Shown piece by piece: positions 7,502 through 13,505 of a DNA stretch of 16,665 nucleotides; the first letter of the stretch is position 1; each line of letters opens with the position of its first letter. The DNA comes from Armatimonadota bacterium (GTDB lineage: Bacteria > Armatimonadota > Zipacnadia > Zipacnadales > UBA5352). The translations under genes were made by a program, and so were the position numbers. The notes under the pieces are model-generated. The model had not been told where the DNA came from. It did not search any database and saw only the letters and a program-made list of their open reading frames with translations. The stretch spans positions 1-16,665 of the forward strand of contig JAYENL010000001.1 in assembly GCA_034722055.1 (NCBI GenBank), in the 5' to 3' direction.

Positions 7502-7525
7502 GACGATCCGTCCTCCTCGCCCGCG

Positions 7526-7951
7526 TTATCGCTGCCGCAGCAGTGGCAGACCATCCGACGACATCTCGCGCGTCACCGAGAGCCCGGGCAGCACCTGCAG
7601 GACGATCTCGCACAGGTAGAGCACGATGGTCTGCGGCTCCAGGTGACCGCCGAGGGTGGTCTCGGCGTCGCTGGCGGTGATGTGGGCATGGACCTGGCCG
7701 TCGGCGATCAGGCCCGCGATCTGGCACAGCTCCATGGGGCCCTCATGCACCACGTAGCGGTTCCTCGGGGGCAGCTCGCACCAATCGCCGACGTGGATGT
7801 GGGTCCGCTTGAGGGCGCCGAAGCCGGTGACGATGGCCGCGCAGTCGAGGCCCTCATCCTCCGCGACCTGCTGCAGGCTCTCCAGCAGCAGGTCGCCGTC
7901 GTCGAGCCGGACGACGATGGTCCGGCCGTCATCTGAGATGAAGCGTTCCAT
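7526..7951 (-). CDS. PPC domain (DUF296) protein, 141 aa
   Basis: IVVRLDDGDLLLESL, TGFGAL, GPMELCQIAG, the VHAH (HxH) motif and GGHL, at the typical length for the family. Confidence 0.92.
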   Translation of the reverse strand: MERFISDDGRTIVVRLDDGDLLLESLQQVAEDEGLDCAAIVTGFGALKRTHIHVGDWCELPPRNRYVVHEGPMELCQIAGLIADGQVHAHITASDAETTLGGHLEPQTIVLYLCEIVLQVLPGLSVTREMSSDGLPLLRQR

Positions 7952-8035
7952 GGGTCACCCCGATGGTATTCCCATTCGATTCGCAATACTCTTGGTCATA
8001 TTCCGGTAATACGATTCGTGATAGTCGGTGTAGGC

Positions 8036-9742
8036 TCAGTCTCCGACGCCGTTGGACACGCTGCGGATCGTGTAAACACGGCCTCGTCTCTCGCCCGCGG
8101 GCGCGAGGACGCCCATATCAACCAACTTCCCTAGAAGATAGCTGACGTGCCGGAGTTCTGCCTGCGATAGGTCTCGGCGCCTGTAGAGGAGAGCGGCGAT
8201 CTCTGCCCGTCCTGCTGGTTGGATCTGGCTCAATACTTCGACAATCCGGGCTTCTTCCTCGTGCTCTTCGTCGAATGACAGCATCACGTCTCTGGGCGCT
8301 TGGGTTGGGGCGAGGGTGTAGTACGCGCCACCTCGGGTCCCGTGCATCTCAATGATTCCAACGTCTACGAGCCCGCGCAACTCTCTCGTTGCGGTTGGCC
8401 CGCCGACGCTGTTGATGCGTTGGAAGTCTCGGTTCGCCATTCGGCCGTGCAGACGCAGGTATGCGAGCGCCATCAACTGCTGCTCGGAAAGCGAGTGCGG
8501 CCCGAACTGCTGCAACCACTCGCGCACTTCCGGCGACATGAGGTGCGCGTTCCTGAGGGTGACCTGGAAGGATGTACTCGACTCATGAAAATCAGGCGGC
8601 GCGAGGCCGGCTCTCTTCATCTCGGCGATCATAAGCGTCACGCCAGTTCCGCGCTGCTCCATCAAGCCAAACTCGCGTAACGCGGCTACCATCCGGGGAT
8701 TGCGGGTGGACTGCTCGTGCTCGATATTGTCAAGAGTGACTGTCCCGAAGAGGGTTCCTGGGTTCCTGATCTCGATGCGGTCGGCGAAGATACGAATGCG
8801 GATCGCAGTCCCCCGATGAGCGTAGCTACGGTGTGCCACTGCGTTTGTGATCGCTTCTCGGATCACCTCCTCAGGGTACTCCGGGACTTCTGCACGCCAC
8901 AGTCCCCTGACCTCGGCACGTCGGGCGACTCTCCCCATCACGGTCTCAACTGCCCTCACGATGATGTCTTGGGCACGGCCATGTATCTCGCGGTCAAAGA
9001 GATAGCGCGAACCTGCCTCGCGCGCAGCCACCGTGGTCCCCTCGAACTGGGTGACTGTGGCAACGCATCTGGGGAAGAACCGCTGCGGGTCGTCGCCGAA
9101 GAGTAACAGCCCAGCCACGGTGGGGATCAGGCGCTGCTTCTGTTCTGCCACGAAGCCTCCTCGCCGGAGCAGATCAGTGTCGCTTGCCTCGCCAGCCCCG
9201 CTCGAGGGATCTCGGCGAGCTATCGCCCCTCGGTACTCCTCGATGGTCGCGTCGTTTACGGGGCCGGCCTCGAAATCGTCACGGAGAGCTCCGAGGAACT
9301 GCGCCAGATCATCTGCGGTCATCCGCCGGTTGGTGTTCCCAACTCTGCGGTAAGCGCCATTGGGCAAACCGCGGCGTCTGATGTAACAAGGCTTGCGAGC
9401 ATCTGGTAACTCGCGCACCTCTGCGGCTACGATCACTTCTCCATCCGCTTCTGCGAGGGTGAACTCCGGTTGGATTCGGGGCTCCATCTGGTCGTTTGCG
9501 AGGCCAGATAGTTCCTCTTGAAGGGATCCCGCGTCGTAGACTCCGGTCGCGACGTATCCCGCGACTTCATCAATGCCAAAGATAAGCACACCACCGCCCC
9601 GCCGGTTGGCGAAGGCTGACAGCGACTCCAGGACCGACTCGGTTGGCATTCCGTCCTTAGCCTTCTTGAGTTCGACGTCCTGGAGCTCGCTGCCGTGACT
9701 GCGGACCTCCTCGAGAAGATCCAGCAGCGTCTCGCTATCCAC
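8036..9742 (-). CDS. AlbA_2 (Schlafen-like) + HATPase_c_4 (RecG C-terminal-like) + winged-helix protein, 568 aa
   Basis: ELQDVELK and SAFANRRGGGVLIFGIDE (AlbA_2); YPEEVIREAITNAVAHRSY, IEIRNPG, RNPRM and EQRGTGV (HATPase_c_4); two C-terminal wHTH-like segments (ATRELRGLVDVGII...GTRGGAYY and YLLGKLVDMGVL...GERRGRVY). GTG start with GAGGT upstream. Confidence 0.9.
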   Translation of the reverse strand: MDSETLLDLLEEVRSHGSELQDVELKKAKDGMPTESVLESLSAFANRRGGGVLIFGIDEVAGYVATGVYDAGSLQEELSGLANDQMEPRIQPEFTLAEADGEVIVAAEVRELPDARKPCYIRRRGLPNGAYRRVGNTNRRMTADDLAQFLGALRDDFEAGPVNDATIEEYRGAIARRDPSSGAGEASDTDLLRRGGFVAEQKQRLIPTVAGLLLFGDDPQRFFPRCVATVTQFEGTTVAAREAGSRYLFDREIHGRAQDIIVRAVETVMGRVARRAEVRGLWRAEVPEYPEEVIREAITNAVAHRSYAHRGTAIRIRIFADRIEIRNPGTLFGTVTLDNIEHEQSTRNPRMVAALREFGLMEQRGTGVTLMIAEMKRAGLAPPDFHESSTSFQVTLRNAHLMSPEVREWLQQFGPHSLSEQQLMALAYLRLHGRMANRDFQRINSVGGPTATRELRGLVDVGIIEMHGTRGGAYYTLAPTQAPRDVMLSFDEEHEEEARIVEVLSQIQPAGRAEIAALLYRRRDLSQAELRHVSYLLGKLVDMGVLAPAGERRGRVYTIRSVSNGVGD

Positions 9743-9794
9743 GGACGTTCACCTCATTCTGAAGGTGGCATGAGTGTGCCTGCGGCGCGACCGG

Positions 9795-10031
9795 TCACCC
9801 CAGCCGCCGCCAGCTCATGTCCACGATGTCGCCGCCGCGGAAGGTGAAGGTCTTCCGCCACAGGCTTCGCGAGGTGCCGACGCTGACCTCGCACTTGGTC
9901 ACCAGCCGGCCGTCCCCCTCCTCGCTGAGCTCATCCTGCAGGATCTCGCACTCCATCAGCTCCTCGCCGTAGTTGCGCTTGAGGTACGAGGCGATCTTCT
10001 GGTTGATCTGCTCCTCGGTGAGCGTTGGCAT
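9795..10031 (-). CDS. Small hypothetical protein, 78 aa (MPTLTEEQINQKIASYLKRNYGEEL...)
   Basis: Strong SD (AGGAGG) 7 nt before ATG 10031, high GC3 codon usage and globular-looking composition; no family recognised. Confidence 0.8.
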   Translation of the reverse strand: MPTLTEEQINQKIASYLKRNYGEELMECEILQDELSEEGDGRLVTKCEVSVGTSRSLWRKTFTFRGGDIVDMSWRRLG

Positions 10032-10089
10032 GACGATGCCTCCTGTGGGCTGCTCTGGCGAGCCGTCCCTGGTGGATCCGTCACGCCTA

Positions 10090-10118
10090 ACTTCCCGAAA
10101 GGCCACGGCAGGACCTGC
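10090..10118 (-). promoter_or_regulatory. Putative alternative-sigma promoter GCAGGT-N15-CGGGAAGT
   Basis: Sense orientation, upstream of the 78-aa gene; matches the motifs at 3571-3599 and 10140-10167. Confidence 0.5.
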
Positions 10119-10139
10119 CGCCGCGGCAGCGACGCCCGC

Positions 10140-10167
10140 GCAGGTTGCGCGGTATGCGCGGCGAAGT
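10140..10167 (+). promoter_or_regulatory. Putative alternative-sigma promoter GCAGGT-N14-GGCGAAGT
   Basis: Both boxes are identical to those at 3571-3599; lies 25 nt upstream of GTG 10193. Confidence 0.6.
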
Positions 10168-10192
10168 GGGCAAGGAGAGACAGGAAGGGGAG

Positions 10193-12589
10193 GTGCCGGC
10201 GATACTGCGGCCGATCATGACCATCGGACTGCTGACGAGCATCTGCGCCGCGACGCATGCCCAGCGCGTCGTGCCTGCCACCGAGGCCTACCAGCCGTGG
10301 CTGGAGACCGCCTGCATCATGCAGCCGTGGAGCCTGGAGCGCACGCGGGCGCTGGTTGAGGACCGTGAGGAGTGGATTCCGCGGCTGAAAAGGTGGGGCT
10401 TCGACAGCGTCATCTTCATCCCCGGCCCCAGCGACATCCGCCCGAACTACCCCATGGATGCCCTGAGGGAGGCGGTCGATGACTACCATGCGGCGGGCTT
10501 CAAGGTCATCATGTACTCCTCCATCATGCACGCCGGCCATCATGAGACGTGGCACTCGGTAGCTGCGAACCGCCCCGCCTGGTGGCAGCGCGGGCCGCGA
10601 GGAGGGACCGTCGAGGTCTACGGGGACAAGTGGCTCTGCCCCAACACCGGCGCGCTGCAGTTCACCACCGACCTGGCCATCCGGCTGGCGGCGGAGATGG
10701 ACGCCGACGGCATCATGCTCGACAACAACGAGTTCTACTACACCGACCACGGCGCCACCTGCTACTGCCAGGGCTGCCAGGAGAGCTTCGGCCGGCACAT
10801 CCGGCAGAAGCTCGGCGACGAGAGGCTGCGCGAGATGGGCCTGGATCCCGAGCGCGTTCGCTGTCCCGAGCCCGGCGAGCCGCTGTATCCGCACTGGGTG
10901 GACTGGCGCTACGTGGCGTGGCGGGAGGCCACCGAGGAGTTCCGGCGGCGGGTGCGCGAGGCCCTGCCGGGCACCATGCTGTGCGCGAACACGCAATACA
11001 AGTACAATTGGGTGCTGGCGGTGCATGAGCAGATGGCGGCGGAGGACGTGGTGTTGTCCGAGTCCCGCCACCAGTACGGTCGCGAGATGTCATGCAAGCT
11101 GGCCTACGGCCACGCCCTGGCGGATGGCAAGCCGCTGTGGAACTACCTGGGCACCTGGGAGGACGACGACCTCAGCCGCATCCTGCCGCCCCACGAGATC
11201 CACGATCAGCTCTGCACCACGCTGGCGTGGGGCTGCTCGCCGTGGATCGTGGGCTACGGGCTGGTGGACCGGGCGCCGGCCGCCCACTGGAGCTTCGGCC
11301 ACTACGCCAGCGAGGGGCGCAGCGGCTTCCGGCGCCACGAGGAGGGCGGGCCGGACGGCTCCGCGGCCATCGAGCTGTGGGCGGAGACGACGTCCCGGAT
11401 CAGCACCTTCCAGTCGCCCTTCCTGGAGGTGCAACCGGGCCAGCAATTCGCCTTCCGGTGCCGATACCGCACCGAGGGCGTGGCGCCCGGCCATCCCCGC
11501 CTGAGGCTGACCTTCGTCAACGCCGCGCTCAAGCCGCCCGGCGGCGAGCCCTACGTGTTCTTCGCAGAGGGCGAGGGGGGCACGCACGGCTGGGAGGAGC
11601 TGGTCCTGGATGGCGTTACCGCCCCGGAGGGCGCGGAGGTCGTCAACGTGGAGGTCTTCCTCTGGGACGCCTCCGGGAGTCTGTTCCTCGACGACGTGCA
11701 GTTCATCCGGGAGGGTGAGAACCTGCTGCGGAATCCGGGCTTCGAGCGGCGGGTGGCTGAAGAGAACGCCGCCGGGCGCGAGGCTCTGGTCGGCGGCCTG
11801 CAGTTCTGGCGCGAGCACGAGGAGCTGTACCGCGGGGCCACGCGCTGGGCGGACGTGGGACTGCTGCTGTCGCGGCACAGCGTGGACTTCAGGGAGGTCT
11901 ACAACCGCTTCCCGCGCCCGACCATGAACGCCCTTCTGGACGCGCACATCCCGTTCGCAGTGCTCGAGGAGCACCAGCTCGACGACGAGCACCTCTCGCG
12001 CTTCACCGTCGTGGTGGTCCCCGTGGCGAGCTGCCTGCCGGAGGAGGGCCTGCGGACGCTGGCGCGCTGGGTGCGCGGTGGCGGCCGGCTGATCGTGACC
12101 GGCGGGACGGGGCAGTACACGCAGTACGGCGAGGAGCGCGGGCGTGACCTGCTGGCGGTGCTGTTGGGGCAGTTGCGGGAGGCGCTGTGGGAGGCCCGCG
12201 AGGTGGGGGAGGGCATGGCGCGGTGGCTGCCGCAGGGCGATGGGGACGAGGAGGTCGCAGAGGGCCTTGTCGAGGCCATCCGGGAGCTGGGCGGCGGCGA
12301 GATCGTGCGCGTGGAGGGCGCTCCGGAGGGCATCGACCTGATCGCCTGGGCGCAGGCCGATCAGCGGCGGCTCCTGCTGCACCTGGACCGCCACGAGGCG
12401 GGGAAGGGCGGCGACGTCGCCCTGCGCCTCCGGGTGCCCGAGGGATGGAGCCCGCCCGCGAGCGTGACGTGTTACGACCTGCACGCGGGGGAGCGGGAGG
12501 TCGAGGCCCGATCTGAGGACGGATACGTCAGCTTCACCGTCCCCGCGCCGGAATGGTACGCGGTGGTTGCGGTGCGGTTCGGCGGATGA
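10193..12589 (+). CDS. Secreted putative glycoside hydrolase (GH42/GHL6-like TIM barrel + inserted CBM-like module + beta-galactosidase trimerisation/GATase1-like domain), about 798 aa
   Basis: Signal peptide ending ICAATHA; DGIMLDN followed by a CYCQGC metal-binding cluster; ADVGLLLS...ALLDAHIPF...LSRFTVVVVP...LARWVRGGGRLIVTG (trimerisation-type domain). Start set at GTG 10193 after a purine-rich SD; ATG 10217 is an alternative. Confidence 0.8.
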   Translation: MPAILRPIMTIGLLTSICAATHAQRVVPATEAYQPWLETACIMQPWSLERTRALVEDREEWIPRLKRWGFDSVIFIPGPSDIRPNYPMDALREAVDDYHAAGFKVIMYSSIMHAGHHETWHSVAANRPAWWQRGPRGGTVEVYGDKWLCPNTGALQFTTDLAIRLAAEMDADGIMLDNNEFYYTDHGATCYCQGCQESFGRHIRQKLGDERLREMGLDPERVRCPEPGEPLYPHWVDWRYVAWREATEEFRRRVREALPGTMLCANTQYKYNWVLAVHEQMAAEDVVLSESRHQYGREMSCKLAYGHALADGKPLWNYLGTWEDDDLSRILPPHEIHDQLCTTLAWGCSPWIVGYGLVDRAPAAHWSFGHYASEGRSGFRRHEEGGPDGSAAIELWAETTSRISTFQSPFLEVQPGQQFAFRCRYRTEGVAPGHPRLRLTFVNAALKPPGGEPYVFFAEGEGGTHGWEELVLDGVTAPEGAEVVNVEVFLWDASGSLFLDDVQFIREGENLLRNPGFERRVAEENAAGREALVGGLQFWREHEELYRGATRWADVGLLLSRHSVDFREVYNRFPRPTMNALLDAHIPFAVLEEHQLDDEHLSRFTVVVVPVASCLPEEGLRTLARWVRGGGRLIVTGGTGQYTQYGEERGRDLLAVLLGQLREALWEAREVGEGMARWLPQGDGDEEVAEGLVEAIRELGGGEIVRVEGAPEGIDLIAWAQADQRRLLLHLDRHEAGKGGDVALRLRVPEGWSPPASVTCYDLHAGEREVEARSEDGYVSFTVPAPEWYAVVAVRFGG

Positions 12590-12626
12590 CCGGGGCTGGC
12601 AGTGCCGGTTCGGGAGGGATTTGGTG

Positions 12627-13478
12627 ATGGGACACAGAGGTATGCTGGTGGTGTGCTCCGCGCTGATCACATGTCAGGCGGTGCTCGGACAGCCTCAGAC
12701 CGAGGTCACCATCACCACCGACCCGGTGCCGGCCGAGGTCAATATGCTGACGAACCCCGGCTTCGAGGAGGGCCTGGGCGAGGAGGGGGCGCCGGTGGGC
12801 TGGCGGATCAACACCGCGGCGCCGGAGAGCTTCGCCTTCGAGCCCCTCGGGAAGGCCCGCTCCGGCGACGTCTGCTGGCGCGTGCACACCGATTCCCCGG
12901 CCATGTCCGGCTACATCCAGCAGAACGTGCACGTGGAGGCCGACACGCAGTACCGCGCCTGGACGTGGCTGCGGCTGCAGGGCGGGCGCTACATGATGCT
13001 GCTGCGCGGCCGGGTGCGGCCGCCGGGGGAGCCGCCGTGGCGCTTCGATGAGCGCACTGACATCATCTCCACGCACAACCACTGGCTAGCGCCGCTGTAT
13101 CTGGAACCCGAGCACCTGCAGGGCCCGCCGCCGGACGAGTGGATCCTCATGCCGCTGGACATCACTGTCCCGGACGGGCTGGAGACGGTCCAGGTGTGGC
13201 TGGGCTCCTACTTCACCGCCTCTGAGATGCACTTCGACGACACCTACTTCGGCCCGGCGACCTGTACCCTGTCCGTGCGCGTGCACAGCGACTCGCCGAT
13301 CCGCGACGTCATTGTGCGGGACGTCGCCGGTGGGCCGGCGATCTACCGTGACGACGAGCCGGGCGGGGAGACCACCTGGCAGGTGACGGTCCCCGATTTG
13401 CCCATCGCCGACGCCTACCGGGTAACCGTGAGGACCGACGCCGGCGAGCAACAGCTCCTCGTGCTCGCCAACCGGTGA
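12627..13478 (+). CDS. Secreted protein with a CBM4_9-like carbohydrate-binding module, about 283 aa
   Basis: Signal peptide (MLVVCSALITCQAVLG), NMLTNPGFE...GW...YIQQNVHV...YRAWTW...EW...HFDDTYF and a short beta-rich tail. GGAGG at 12613-12617; GTG 12624 is an alternative start. Confidence 0.8.
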   Translation: MGHRGMLVVCSALITCQAVLGQPQTEVTITTDPVPAEVNMLTNPGFEEGLGEEGAPVGWRINTAAPESFAFEPLGKARSGDVCWRVHTDSPAMSGYIQQNVHVEADTQYRAWTWLRLQGGRYMMLLRGRVRPPGEPPWRFDERTDIISTHNHWLAPLYLEPEHLQGPPPDEWILMPLDITVPDGLETVQVWLGSYFTASEMHFDDTYFGPATCTLSVRVHSDSPIRDVIVRDVAGGPAIYRDDEPGGETTWQVTVPDLPIADAYRVTVRTDAGEQQLLVLANR

Positions 13479-13505
13479 TCGACCGCTGGGAGGAGAAGGC
13501 GTGCG

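Noticed and set aside
8036..9742. Calling this gene recG, or calling the region a mobile element
   Set aside because: It has no SF2 helicase motifs (the RecG label comes only from the HATPase_c_4 domain name), and no integrase, transposase, terminal repeats or target-site duplication was seen.
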